Shown in pieces: positions 26,656-40,439 of a DNA stretch of 64,000 nt. Numbering within the stretch: position 1 is the first letter of the stretch; each line of letters begins with the position of its first letter. Source of the DNA: Lama guanicoe. Taxonomy: Eukaryota. The notes beneath the pieces are model-generated. The model saw only the letters and a list, made by a program, of their open reading frames with translations. It was not told the DNA's origin and made no database searches. The DNA is taken from assembly GCA_013239625.1 (NCBI GenBank), contig MU054187.1, positions 7,203,757-7,267,756 on the forward strand, in the 5' to 3' direction. The position numbers and the translations under genes were made by a program.

Positions 26656-28814
26656 CTGTGAAGTGTGAGATGATAGAGTTCAGTCACTCCCTGGTACTAC
26701 CCCCAAGGGTCAAGTCCTCAGACCCGCGGCCCCGACTGATGGTCGGTTTCAGGCAGCCCCGTCAGTCCCAGTGAGCTTGGAGTCAGGGAATGAAGGACAG
26801 GGAAGAAGTCACACCTCGGGAAACAACAAAGAACAGATCTTGTACAGGCACATCAGTAACAACCTTGAGGGTGAATTAGAACGAATGCTTCACCCTAGAT
26901 CAAAATATGTGCTCCTGGTTCAGACCTCCCAGCCCCAGTCATCACCACCGCGCCATCAACTCAGACCCCCGCCTCTCGCACCTCCAGTTGTCAAGGTGAA
27001 ACTGCGTAAATGGATACTGCACTTCAACGTTAGCCTTGTTTCTTAAGTTAGGAGAACAGCAGATCATTGAAGAGACCTTAAAAGTTATTTGAGGCCAGAA
27101 GGCATAAATAAAATAGGTATTACAATAAGAGTTTATTTATCTCTAAAATGTGTGCATGTATAAACTTAAAAATCTCGTCTCAGGAATAAAAAGAACAAAC
27201 TTCTATGTATTTAAACTTGCTTGAGTAGGCTACTCAAATATTGAGTAGCCATACTCAAAAATGTGGGCAGCCTGCCTCCTGATCTCCATATTATATTTAA
27301 TTCAGAACTATGAAGTTCTCTAAGGCAGTACGTATTCAAATTTCCTTAGAGCAAGTGTCCTTTTTTTCTCTTTGTTAAATAAGATTTCCCGTGTAGAAGA
27401 ATTCTCTCCGTTCCATAGGAACAAGGTGGATTTTAAACAGATGAACCCAGAGAAATTGGGTTCCACCCCTAAGCACTTCAGAATTGCCAAACAACAGGAA
27501 CTGATTGCTGCAGGAGAAAAATCTGATCTCATTCGTACCTGCTGTTTTGGTACAGAGAAGACAACTTTATGTGAAGGCTACTATGCTTTTGGAAATGCTA
27601 ATTAATTATACATTATTTATCGGAAATGCAATGTTCTTCTTGTCCTGTAGCTGGGAAAACAGAGGAAGTAAGCGAGAGCTCGAAAAGCTGAGACTTGCTG
27701 AATTGTAAGGAACTATGGGCATGTGTTTCAAACTTGGTTTCCTTGGTGGATCAGAGACAACTCTGTACCCTAGTTTCAGTCTTTTCCCTTTGTCGTTGAT
27801 GGATCACCGAGGTCTAAGTGTGGAAGGGGAAGAACTGTCTTTGGTAGGTTTTAGCCAAGCTAAGCTGATCTGGGGGGTTTAATTTTCCCTTTAGAGCAGG
27901 AAATAGTAGATAAATAAATAGCAATTAAAAGTAAACAAACCATTTCCCAAGCCAAACCCCTAGCAATAAAGGAGTGGCAGCATGACATGTGCTGGCTTCT
28001 GACCAGCGAAGCCCCTTGGCCTCAGTGTGGCAGAATCGTACCCAGGCTAAAGGCTTCATCCATCATTTTTCTGCTGTTTGCTGGCGTTAGTAACAAAAGG
28101 CCAAGAAGAAATAGGATCTTGTCGCACACTAGGCAAAGAGAGTGAGGACTTTCAGTTCTCACAAGCCTGCTGATTTGTTCTGTCTGCAGTGCGTGTGTCT
28201 CGTGTGCCAGGGGAAGGGAGGAAGAGAAAAAAAAGGATGGAAAAGAGCAGTGTCACTGACTCCAATTTGCTCTCCAGTGTGATTTTTTTAAAGTATCCAT
28301 CAATTCTTCCACATATGTGGTTACCAAATGCTAAAATGTGACATGTAGTTAACTTAAAATCCTTATGCAATTTGTTATTTCACCAAAATCGGCTGGTTAG
28401 CAGGATAACACTCTGGAAAGAGGCAGAAGCCCTGGGTGTGTCTCTGCCGTCTCCTCCTGAGTCCGTGATACTCTCAAGGATCAGCTCTCCACCCATCACA
28501 CGAGTACGGTGGACCAGAGAGAGGTCTGCAAACCTTTTTAAAATGTATATTATGTAAATTTTGAAACAAATAACAGAATAGAAAGTACATTATAAGGAAG
28601 CCCCAAGTATCTGTCACCCAGCTTCAACCATGATCAACACAATCTCCAAACTTTTTGATCACACACTCTTGCCATTAAGTTAATAAGAACTTACACGCAA
28701 CTTATATGTAAATTATAACTATGTATTACTGTACCAGTACATTATTTTGCATTTTTAAACTTCCCTCACAGGTAAATATTCTTAATGGATGAGTTAAAAT
28801 ATAAGGAAGTTCTA

Positions 28815-29270
28815 TACGTGAGTGTCCATAGCAGATTTATTTGTGAGAGCTGAAAGCTGGAAACAGCCCAGATGTCCTACAGCAGGTGAACAGATAAGCC
28901 ATCTGGTATATTCATACAAGGCAATGTATCAGTAATATAAAGGAACAAACTAGTGATCTGTACAACAACATAGGTGATTCTCAAATACCTTGTGAGAAGC
29001 CAGTCTCTAAAGGTAAATTACTCTATTCCGACGTTCTCGAAAAGAGGAAACTGTCATCATAGAAAATTAATCAGTGTTTGCCAGGGGTGAGATAAAGGTG
29101 TAACTATAAAGATAGCATAAGACAGTTTTCTGAGATGTTAAAAGTTATGTTCTGTATCTCGATTACAGTGGTGGCTATGCAAATCTATTCATGTATTAAA
29201 ATTTACATAGCTGGAGACCAAAAGCAAAATCATCTACTTTATTGCATGATAATATACCCCTCAAAAGGAT
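28815..29270 (+). mobile_element. Old L1 3' end (probably inserted in a hAT fossil spanning ~28640-29345)
   Basis: CATAGCAGATTTATTTGT..AGC..AAAGCTGGAAACAGCCCAGATGTCC, TACAACAACATAGGTGATTCTCAAA and TTTATTGCATGATAAT. Confidence 0.75.
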
Positions 29271-29405
29271 GAAAAAATATAACGAAATTTCAATATTTTC
29301 TATTTGCACCCCAGTCGTTCATCATCCACCTTAATTTGGAAGCCAATCGACTAGATTCCCTCTAAATTCCCTTTTAGTGATCACAGTCTGAAATAATCAA
29401 GTTAC

Positions 29406-29920
29406 TGTAACAGATTGAAAATAGTCAAAAATCCTTTGACACTCTCCCATTGAGAGGTGGGGCCTTTGTCCACTCCTCTTGAATCTCTGAGAGCTCTCTT
29501 ACAGCTTTGGCAAATGGAATGCAGAGGAAATAATTTCATATCCCCAAAACATTTCGTTTCTTGGGCTAGGTTTTAACAGACTGGGAGCTCCCACTTCCCT
29601 TCTCCTGGAACATTCACTCTTGGAATCTGACCCCTGTGCTGTGAGGAAGCCCAGGTGGCTCCATGGAGAATCCCATGTAGAAAGAACCAAGGCTCCTGGC
29701 TGACAGCCAATGGCCAGCGCCAAGTTGCCAAACCCTGAGTGAGCTGTGCTGGAAGTGGACTTCCAGCTATGAGCTGACCACCTCAGCTGACATCACGGGG
29801 ACAGAGATAAGACATTCCCACCACACTCTGCCCACGTTGCAAATCTGTGCGCAAAGTAAATTACCGTGGTTGCTTTAAGCTACTAAGTGTCGGGGAGGTT
29901 TGTCACACAGTGATGGATCG
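29406..29920 (+). mobile_element. MaLR solo LTR (MLT1F/G/H-like)
   Basis: CTTTGACACTCTCCCATTGAGAGGTGGGG, TGCTGTGAGGAAGCCCAGG and GTTGCTTTAAGCTACTAAGTGTCGGGG. Confidence 0.8.
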
Positions 29921-31769
29921 CCGGGAGAGCTCCTTGGGAAAAAGTGGGCCTCAGACTCATGAGGCACTGACTTATGGCAGCGTTTGTTAGTGTGCCAGCC
30001 TCGAAAACCTGCACCACAATGGTCTGATGTTTTATGAGAAAAGCAAATCCCCACCCCTCGCCAAACCTACTGAAAAAGAGTCTCTTGGAGATGCAGAAAC
30101 CTACATCTTTAACAAGCCGCCCATGGGACTCTTGTGCGTCCTAGCGTCTCATCCCCCAGCAGTTCAGACACACGGAAAATCAGTTGGGACTAGGTGGACC
30201 AGGAGTGTGATGTCCCATGTCATTGCCAAAAAAGATAAAGAAATTCAATGAGAACAGAATTGCTACAGGCAAACCAGGGAGAGAGGTTCCTGAAGTAACT
30301 TTGTTCTAGAGATGAAAGAAAGCACAACAGTGTTGATCCTGAATGGACATGAAAATAAAAGATAGTAAGACCAGGTGTATTTCAGAGGAACCCTGACATT
30401 TATGAAATAGCCACATCATATTGACAGGGTGTTTAAGTTCTGTGATCTTATGATTTTTGACAAATGAGTAATAATAATAATAAAAATAAGAAGAATGACC
30501 ACATGAAGGCCAAGTCACAAGGCTAATTTGTTTTTGCTCTTTTTTCTATAGTTTAATGATTCCATACACATGTACATATATATTTAAAAGAAAAACCACT
30601 TTAAAACATAACCACCTATCTTTCTCTTATAAATACAAAACTTTTGTTCCTTAAAGTTCTTTGTGCCTAAGGTAGACTCCTGGAAGATGTGCTTCCCAGC
30701 TTCCATCACAAAATGAGAGAGAGATTTTTTTTTAAATTTCTGCATCTGCTTCAGATTGGCTTTGAAGTGAAGTGGGAAATGAACAAACTGAAGAAACCAT
30801 CATTGTGTTTCAATCACGAAAAGCAAGAGCATCTATCGAAGGAGGAGCCGGGATTCTATGATTGGATGTATATTTGAACTTCAGGGTGCGCAGAGTGGGC
30901 TCCAGAAGCCAGAAACGGAAAAGAGCCAAGATTCATGACAGAACATAGAAAATTTCTAGATACACTTCACAAACCAGTATTTTTCTTGTTTTTTGTTTTT
31001 ACTTCTGGATGATGGGCCATGGCCGTACATCACGTAGCACGGCATTTTTGAATGTGCTTCGAATGATCTTTTGTTGACAACTTGTCAGGAATCTCAGAGT
31101 CATGTTTGATTGTTACTGATTTTGCCCACCAAGAAATAAACAAATCCATTTCTCCTACTGTCTTCAATAAACTAAAGTGTATGTACTAGAATTAAATCTG
31201 AGTTTTAATATTAAACCCAAGGGTGGATATAAACAGTAAATAACATTAACTAAGGGGATGAAAAATCAAATAATAAATGTGAACACAGTATAGATCCCTG
31301 CACATAACAAGGGCTTGATTGATATCATTTGCCATAAATTCTTCTAAAGGTAAATTAATTCCTTTCCTCCTTAGAGTCTCTGTTATTGATTTTTTTTTTA
31401 CATTTTTTATTGTGTTATTGATTTTTTTTCTGATTTTTTTGAATGTATGTTCACCCTCCTAGCCAAAGTCTGCCATTAAAATAGCTCGATATCCGGCTAT
31501 AGAAGTAGTTGTACTGCTGAAAATCCTGGGCGAGAAAATAAAACGTGAAATTCCCACTCAACTCCCATATCTAAAATAAATGTTTTAATATAGCATACCC
31601 TTTTGTTTTGGATTCTAATATAATGCATGAAGATCTCTAACAATAACACATAAGAAAGATTTAGCAAATTTATTAAGTACAATCCTATCTTTCACCCCCA
31701 AGTTTGAGCACTCTAAGTTTCACAAAGTCAGTTGGGCCTTCTCTGACCAACTTCGAGACTCCCTTCTAG

Positions 31770-32120
31770 GTGGGAGGAGCGGGAATTGGAGGAAGGCGGC
31801 CGAAAGGTATAAGCTCCCAGTTTAAGATAAGTAAGTACTGGAGATGTCATGGCCAACATGATGACTCTAGTTAATACTATGACACGATATGTAGGAAAGC
31901 TGTTAAGATCCCAAGAGGCCTCATCACAAGGAGAAATTGTTTTCTTTTCTTTTTATTGTGTCTATAGGAGATGGAGGATGTTAACTGCATCTACTGTGGC
32001 AATCATTTCACAATATATGTAACTTAAACCATCACACTGTGTATACCTTGAACGTATACAGTGATGTATGTGAATTATTTCTCAGTAAAAACTGGGAAAA
32101 AAATTTCTTTGGAGAAAAAA
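31770..32120 (+). mobile_element. 5'-truncated L1 3' end (L1MA-like) with degenerate TSD
   Basis: AAAGGTATAAGCTCCCAGTT..AAGATAAGTAAGTACTGG..., ending TTATTTCTCAGTAAAAACTGGG plus an A-tail. Flanked by AGACTCCCTTCTAG (31756-31769) and AGATTCCCTTTTAG (32123-32136). Confidence 0.85.
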
Positions 32121-35100
32121 GTAGATTCCCTTTTAGTAAAATCAGAAGGCTCAAACCACTGTTCATCCACTCCAGATGGCAATCACATTTGGCTGCGACT
32201 CAGGAGTTGGATCTAGTACCAACAAGAATGAATGTTTCAAGAGTCATGACCAATTCTTTAAATCTTCTAGTCAGAATCTGTCTTTATTATAACTCAATAA
32301 AGAAAATGCAACAAAGAAAAAGAAAAAAAGGAAAATCAGAAGGTGAAGCAGCAGCTGCTCTTCTCAGCCACCGAGGATTGCACGGATATGTCTGACAGCA
32401 GTGAGGGCAGAGAGCAAAGTCAACAGAATGGACAGACCCGGCTCATGGATGGATTTGGGCGGGGCCCCTCCCGGGGCCACCTCCAAAGCTCTGGCTCTAA
32501 GGGCTTCCAGATCTCCATGGTGAGGTTGATGGTAGAGAGAAAGAAGACTCTGGCATGAAGCAACTGTCCAGAGATAAGTAAGAAACTGACCCCGGGACCC
32601 TGCCTAGGAACTTAAGCATAGTTTAGTCAATTCGAGGCATTCAAGGCACTAAATATCTGAATGAAGAACTAAGCAGAGAGTGAAATTTAAACCTTTTAAT
32701 AAACAAAAAGTGGGTTTGCCTGGAGCGTTGATGTGTGACAGGTACGTTTATCACTAAAGGGAGTAAACGCAATTTCTGTCAGATTCACTCACAGAAAAGC
32801 CTAGATTCACAGCGCTGCCTCCGTCTGACATTCCTGCAGGACCTCACTACTTGTTTTCTAAGAAAACATGAGCAAGGAGTAACCTGCTTCCCCAGTGGCA
32901 GGACCTTGTAAGTGACATTGTGTATAATGAGCTGGCATTTATTTTTAATGAATGTTATCTTCTTTCCATCTTCACAAACTTGCAGTCTGTTTAAGATGTT
33001 TGAAGTTGATTGATTCTGTGCATCTTCATGAGATAGGGAAGGTAACACCGCCTCTATTTAAGGTTAAGACATTACTTCATGATATATTTAAATCAGCGAT
33101 TCATGGTTTAATAATGATCAGCCATGGGTATTTAGTAATTTAGATGCTTGGGAAAGACCCCCACAATCAGTATCTGGCAATTTAAGGTACCCTGAAAACT
33201 CCAGGAAGATTTTAGAGTTATCGTAAAGTGATTTTTTATTGTTTAATGGAAATCTTTGTTTGAATGCGAAAACAGCGTGTATGGCATTGTATCTTCGTAC
33301 TCAATCATGGTGGTATTTCGATGACCAGAGCATGCAATTTCTGTTCCAACTCTGTAGCTCAGAATGTTGCATTTTCCGTCTGTTTACTGATTTGTGACAG
33401 AATAACTTTTGGCCCAGCTAGGTTTGACAAAATGTAATGTACTATCAAATAACATTCACACAATTTTTCTAAATTCAATATGCTTTGTGGTTAATGACAA
33501 ACAAGACACTGAGCTAATTCACTTGGTCCCTTGTGCCAAAAGCGATTCGAAATTACAAAAGCAATTTACCATAAACACGATCCAATATGCACCTCTCCTC
33601 ACAAAGGGGATATTGTTTTGGGAGCTGTAGAATGCTGGGCGGGGGGAGGGGGTTGATATCAAAAGAGAGACCTTGAACTTATATTTTTTTAAATTGGTTT
33701 GGCTGGATAGTCGGCAAGTGTTTATTAAATATCTACTATTGGTAAATTACAGCCTAAGCGCTAATGAGAAATAAGAGGAAGGATGAGTCCTCTTGGTTCT
33801 TGCAAACTTGTTAGGAAAATAAAACCATATGGAGGAAGTAGTTAAGTCCTAGGATTGAGAAGTAGGTGATGGTATCAGAATGTGTGTAAAGGCACTATTC
33901 AGAGTGCTTCTCTGAACACCGCAGGAGACAGCTGGGACATTTAGAAAGAACTGTAGATTTGGTGGAAGATGCAAACAAGTAAAATTCTGTAGCTAGGGTC
34001 ACACTCAAGCTATTCCACAATTGTCTTATTAGATGTATAAATGTTATCCTGTCCCCCCAGGTGTGGCCTGCATAAGTTTTAGCCAGAGAGAACCCATCCT
34101 TTAGATCAAGCAGATGGGAATATTGGTTGGTGGGGGAGTGATTGACTAAATATATGAAAGACTTTGCATTTATAAGATACAATTATTAGAGAGGAGAGCT
34201 AGAAAAAAAAATCATGTATTTGCTTGAATTTGCACAAAGTAATCGATGATCACATCCAACGGAATAAAACTCCTTTGCATTCGAGACACCAATTTCCAAT
34301 CATCAGAGTAAAAGGTGAATATACATCAAAATCCTTCTGCCTGAGGCAGACAGTGATACTGGTCTTCCTGCGGATAACTTGTACTCCTCCAAGGCAGGAA
34401 GATGAGTGACTGGTCATTAACCTTCTTAGCTTCAGATGCTAGGGGGGAAGTTTCTATATGCCTGGGGAGCTCCTCCTTGCTCCTGGGTGCACGGCTCCAC
34501 ACCCGAGCGCCGCGGCATGTAGATGTTTCTGGTACAAACTCACCCCTCTTCTGAAATATATCCGCTCCCAGCTCCCTCCCAGGCGGCAGCTGACATCAGA
34601 CTCTGTAGTGCTCTGCCTGACGGTACTTCTTTCCTCCTTCTAAAGCCTTAATGACGAGAATTCTTCATCTCTCCTTAACTCCCTTATGTATACACACTCT
34701 CAGGTGTCTTTTTTTAACCAACCTAAAATATGCCAAGCCTGACAGACTCTTCTAGTTAAAGATTTTAGGAGTTTTTTGGCCAATATTGAAAAAACACACT
34801 TTCCCCCACCACAGAGTGATAGATGGGAGGTTCCTTCAAATGGAGTTGGACTTCCAAAAATGTCTCTTACGAACTAATAGAAAATCAAACAAAACAACAA
34901 AAGATATTCCTATCCAAAGTAGTGGTGTTTCAGGCCTTTAAAATTATAAATAAAAGGAATTAAATCTTTTTTAGATCTAGAGAATGTCTTTTGATGACTT
35001 GGAATGGATCAGATAAATGAAATCAGAAGTGGCTTTCAAACTGCAGAAAATCAAAGACATTTATAAAAATGTCTTCACTAAACCCCCAAATCACACATAA

Positions 35101-36117
35101 GTTATAGGATTTTCCTTCTAGATTATAAACTAGACAGAGGGTAGAAATGGGTTTTATTTTCACACTTACACATTCACAGCGACACACACTCCCCCACAGC
35201 ATCGGTCCTAATAGACATTTAAGAAGTACTTTTTGAATGAATGAGTGGCTTTTGTCAACATGAGCCAAGCTTTTCTGTTATCACCAGGGGGAAGATATTT
35301 CCCGCATACATCTTCCCTAACCCACATCATTCTTCAGTTGTTAGTTCCATACGAAAAAGAAAGATCTCAAGGGGGTGGTGACTTATTTAGTGACCTGGTT
35401 ATGAACTCGGAGTTTATAACGCATATACCATCGTTGAACGTAATCTGCTCAGTTCCACCACAGGCGACGACCAGGCTTTCTCTAAGTAATTAACTTTCCA
35501 GTGAAAACGTGGTTCTTTCTTTTCTCTAGGGCTTCCTTTATTTAAATCTGGAGGATCAGAAAAAAGCAATAAAAGGGAAAGTGTGATTTTCTTTCCTCTG
35601 CTTCCTGTCTGTTCACCCTACTTTCTACATTCCTTAGTTTTTAAGAACTTGTTTCTAGGAAGAGAGCTCCAGAGGGCCTGACTGCCTGAGTGTCAGACTG
35701 ATAGGAGCTTTGCTGTCCCAGTGCTGACTGACTTTCTGGGATCAGAGACATTCCGCAAACCAATGTCAATTCTCAGCAAGGCAAATGCTACGCTGTGATT
35801 TCTCCAATCATTTTAACAGTAATTATATACCTTCGCAGTCCTCAGTGTCTACTTTGTTAAAAAGCTGGTAACTCAACCCACAGAAAGGAAAAATGCAACG
35901 ATGACAAAAGAAGGAACGAGAACAAGTCTGTACTGAGTATGTGACCTAGTGAGGACGTTTGAGAAAGAATAACCACCTTAGCAGCTGAACACAGCATCTC
36001 ACCATCTTGGCCCCTCAGGGCCCACTTTCGTGGGTTACATCTTGTACTTCCCACAGGGACTTTCAAACTGAAGAGGCAAGTTAGAGAGTTCTCACATCTA
36101 CTGTGTCCAGGGGGTTC

Positions 36118-36580
36118 AGCAGGTAGCATAATGCCCCCGTGAAAATGTGCGCGTCCTGATCGCAGAACCTGTTAAAATGTTGCGTTCCGTGGCACATGGA
36201 ACTTTGCAAATGTGCGTAAGAGTAAGGGCTTCAGGGTAAGGACATTATGCAAATAAGCCCAATATAATCACTAAGATCTTTAAAGGTGGAAGAGGGGTAC
36301 GGAAGAGAGAGTCAGAGAAATGAGACGTGCACACTCAAGATGCAGAGGGAAGGGGGCCCTGAGCCGAGGAAGACGGGCGGGGTCTAGCAGCTTAGAAGCC
36401 GGACAAGGCAAGGAAGGGAGTCTCTTCTAGAGCCTCCCGGGGCGCCGCAGCCCTTCCCGGGAGTTAACCAGGGGCAACTCATCTCGGACTTTTGACTTTG
36501 TCGTGTACGATGATAAATTCATGTGGCTTTAAGCGACTAAGTTTCTAGTAATTGGCTCGAGCAGCGCTAGGAGACTCGTA
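36118..36580 (+). mobile_element. MaLR solo LTR (MLT1C/D-like)
   Basis: ATAATGCCCCC...CAGAACCTGT.AAAATGTT...GAACTTTGCAAATGTG, CCCAATATAATCAC and ATAAATTCATGTGGCTTTAAGCGACTAAGTTT. Confidence 0.8.
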
Positions 36581-39500
36581 GAGTGTGTTTCAGGACCTGT
36601 TTCCGACCTGTATCTCTTTCTGAGATGAACGGCTGCTGCAGGAGGGAGCCCAGGCACCGCCGCGTGCCTCCCGCCCTTGGCTCGTGTTCACCGATGCGTG
36701 ACCTTTCCCTTTGCCCCGTGAAATGCCACGTGAGAAGTGAGAGCTTCAGGACTGTCTCATTAGTCGTTTAAGGTCCTAAACTTTATGGGAAACATCCTAA
36801 AACCTATGACTAAGAAGTGATTTGAGGCACTTTGCAACTTCACAATAAAAAGCTATTTATATGCCAATTAATAGCGTAGTAACGGGAACTGCCAGTGGGG
36901 CAAAAGCTGAAATCTGAACTTAAATGCCTCAAACACGCAGATCACTGGCTGATAGGACAGGACATCCCTGGCCTGAAAGTTGTTTTTTTGGTTTGTTTTT
37001 TGTTTTTGTTTTTTGCGATTCAACGTATTTGCATTTCTGCCTTGAGCTTTGAAAAGACTTGATTCCATTATTCATAGAAGGCATAATGGGGGAGCTCTCC
37101 AGGGTTATTGAACATAAGGCTGGATAGAAAGTGACTGTGTCCACAGAATAAAACAACTCCTTAGAAATGGTCTGTTCTGACGTCCAAGAAGGATGATTTA
37201 TTTCTGGGAACAGTAGGGATTTCAGATTCCTCTCAGAAAACCACAGATTAACTGCTTGCGATTAAGAGACTTAAGCTTTAGGCTCTCACTGGCAACAGAG
37301 TGGGAAATCAAGGCACAAGAAAATTTTTGTTTTTAATCCAAGGATGGATTAAAAGGAACTTTTTGCATTGTAAGAAGATCCTCATTCCACTGCCCTCCCC
37401 GGATGCTGTTTTGATTCTCTCTAATTTCAGTATTTTCAGATGTTCATAGCCAGGGTTTAACTTTTTTTTGCAAACACTTAAATTTATATTGTAGCCCAAA
37501 GATGTTAGTTAAAAGGCTGGGCAGCCTGGAAAGATAAGGGCTGGGGACACTTTCTTTTCTTGTTCTGTATTAGTTTTGTCAATCTGGATGCTGATGTATT
37601 AGAATTGATGGGGTCTTCTTGAAGTTTATGGAAGAGGAAGACTGACAAGACAAAGACAAGAATGAGAAAGACTGACTGGTGAAAGGAGCTTGTTTTTCTG
37701 TGGCAACTGTCCCCATTTGACTTTCCCATGGCTATTGGTCACTCCCTGGTCTGCCAGGAGACCGAGGCACTGGGCCTGGACAATTGATGAATCTCCATGG
37801 ATTACACTACCACCACCCAACAAGGAACTCTATCTAAGAAGGTCTTATGCTGATCAATGCCTACCAGGACAACCATCTTCATGTACCACATCCAAAAGGA
37901 GACTTGGGTGAAATAATGCCTGTTCTACCCACCACGTACATTGTACACAACCATAAGTCATTGAAGAATGGCTCTCCAGACCTAGAACATACTTGGATGT
38001 AACTAGAAGCAAAACAGGAATGTTTTGCCTCGTGCTGGGTATTTTAGTTGCTATAAAGGGGACGCCTTCAGTGCTTACATAGTTTTAATTCTCTTTTTCC
38101 CACCCCATCCCATGTTTTATACATCTTCCCCTTCGTAATATAAATTCATTGACCTGCTGCTGAAGTGATAAAACAACCCTGTACCTAACAGAGCTGCCTT
38201 CTTGCCCTGTATTAACTCCCCATCACTCCTCCCCCAAACAAGAAGTTCCACATCCCATGGGACCTGAAGCTGAGTCCTGCTGGGGACAAGTTCTGGACAC
38301 AGAGTGAATATAGGACCCAAGATGAATGACGAAAGAGCATCGGGTCAAGACTGAAAACTTCCTAAGTAAATGATGTAGCATTTGTATTTATTACCTTTGC
38401 TCATCACAGTTATCCCAGAAGATGTGAAATGAAATGAGAGAAAAGGAAGTTTTAAGCAGACATTCACATAACAAGCCTCACAGGCAGGTGTGCTGAGCAG
38501 GCATAGAATTCTGGCAGGGATAATTTTTTCTGTTAAAAAGAAAAGAAAAGAAAAAGTCACCCAGGGAAAAGACAGGTTTTGTTCACTACAAACCCAACAT
38601 ACTACCGAATTCACATTAATTTTACTAAACATGACCTAAACATCACCCCGTTTTCTGTGCTCTCTCATTTTACTTCAGAAAAAATATACCTGCTTTGTGA
38701 TTCTTATCAACACACAGCTAACCAGGCCTCCAGTCCTTTTAGAAGATAAAGAGTGAATTCAGAAAGTCAAATTTCCAAGACTGAATTGGAACCCAGAAGA
38801 CAGAAAAACATCACTCGGTACTTGAGTTTTTTTTTTGTTTGTTTGTTTAAAATCCATGCATGATCACACAAAATCCATGCTATCAAAGAAGAAGAGCGAT
38901 CAAAACCACCAAAGTGATGTGTAAAGGGTGAGGAGAGAAAGCCTGTGTGTTTTCAGTCCAGTGAGTGATGAATGTCTAACAGAGAGGCATGAACTAAAAG
39001 AGCTTTGACAGATAAATTTTCTGAGAAATCAATGACTAGACAACCAGGGCAAGATTTATCAAGAGCGTAAGAAATGTGACAAGTGGTTCAGCGTTTTCTG
39101 TTTTTCCAAATGAAGGGTTGATTTGAATCACATGTTTAAATTCAAAGTTAAAAACACAGTATCAGTCTTACGCTACTCTTTCAGGACTTGATGGCATGAT
39201 TTAATCATGTGTCAGTGTGCGTAGTTTATGAAATGATGCCAGTGATGATGTGTCAAATGTACATAACAAAGCGTAACTTTCTTGCTATTTGTTTTCTAAC
39301 TTAAATGGAAGTATAGTTCCCTTGTAAAGAGCAAGTTTTCTTATTCCCATTAACTTTGTCTATTCCCTTACTTCAAGTAAAATAATGCTCACTGGGAGGA
39401 GTTTAGTTATATTTAACCAAAATCAAATAAATATACAGGTAAATCTAAGTTGTCTTAAAGATAATGAGCTTTTATGTTCATATCCCTGCTCTCTTTCTTT

Positions 39501-40019
39501 ATCAATAAAAATACGGAATTTACTGGCTCTTTCCCACCAATCCCCAAAACAAAGCAAGCTATTCGTGGTCTTACTCTGGTTAGATTCACATTTACAAAGA
39601 AGGTGCTGCGTCCCGGGTTGCACTAGTAGAGATTTCGCTTCCGATGGTGCTGATTTCAGCAGCACAGAGGATGCAGCCCAGTAAATGGAAGGGCAGAGGA
39701 GAATGAAGTTTTTAATAGCTTTGCTCTCTTGATGCTTTGTCTGAAAGAATCACTGTTGCACTTGACATTTGTTGCCATTTTGCTTTTTCATTTTGAATCA
39801 CGGAGCCGGATTCGTCTGTGTCGAGGGCAGGAAGAGGGATGACCTCAGAAATGTCAGAAATACTACGAACGGCGGACTAGAAGTTTGCGTAGGGAGACGA
39901 CAGTATTTCATCGGTCCGTTTAGACGCTGGCTACGGGGTAGAAACCAGAAACAATACGGAGCTGTTTGAATTTCTCAAGCAGCAAAACACGTGATAGGAG
40001 AGATGCGGCTCCCTTCCCA

Positions 40020-40240
40020 GCATGGGAGTGTGGTGTGGTGGAGCAGATGCCGGAGGAATGAGGCACCCTGGGCACACCTAAATCTGCCCTCCCTTCTGCC
40101 CCTTCCTACCTGTGACTTCAGGCAGGGTACACAGTCCCTGAGCTTCGCTCTTCCGATCTGTGAAATGAAACCATACCACCCACCTCATGGGGCTGTTAGA
40201 AGATGAGTAAGATGGTGTTCGCGGTGCCAGGTTCTGTCAG
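40020..40240 (+). mobile_element. MIR SINE
   Basis: CTACCTGTGACTTCAGGCAGG...CTGAGCTTCGCTCTTCCGATCTGTGAAATG...CCCACCTCATGGGGCTGTT core. Confidence 0.65.
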
Positions 40241-40439
40241 TGCCCATTTGCCTTTTCCTCCCTTGCTTCTGCTTTATGTTAATATTGCAAACAATTTATA
40301 CTCACAAGTGATTGAGAACTTGGCCCATGGCCCCTTGTGAGAACGTGGCCCAGCCCCGCAGAGCTAAGAGACCCAGCAGAGGGAGTCTCTCAGTCACTGG
40401 GCGGCGGGTGGGGGTGGTTCACTCCTGCGTCTTCCTGCT

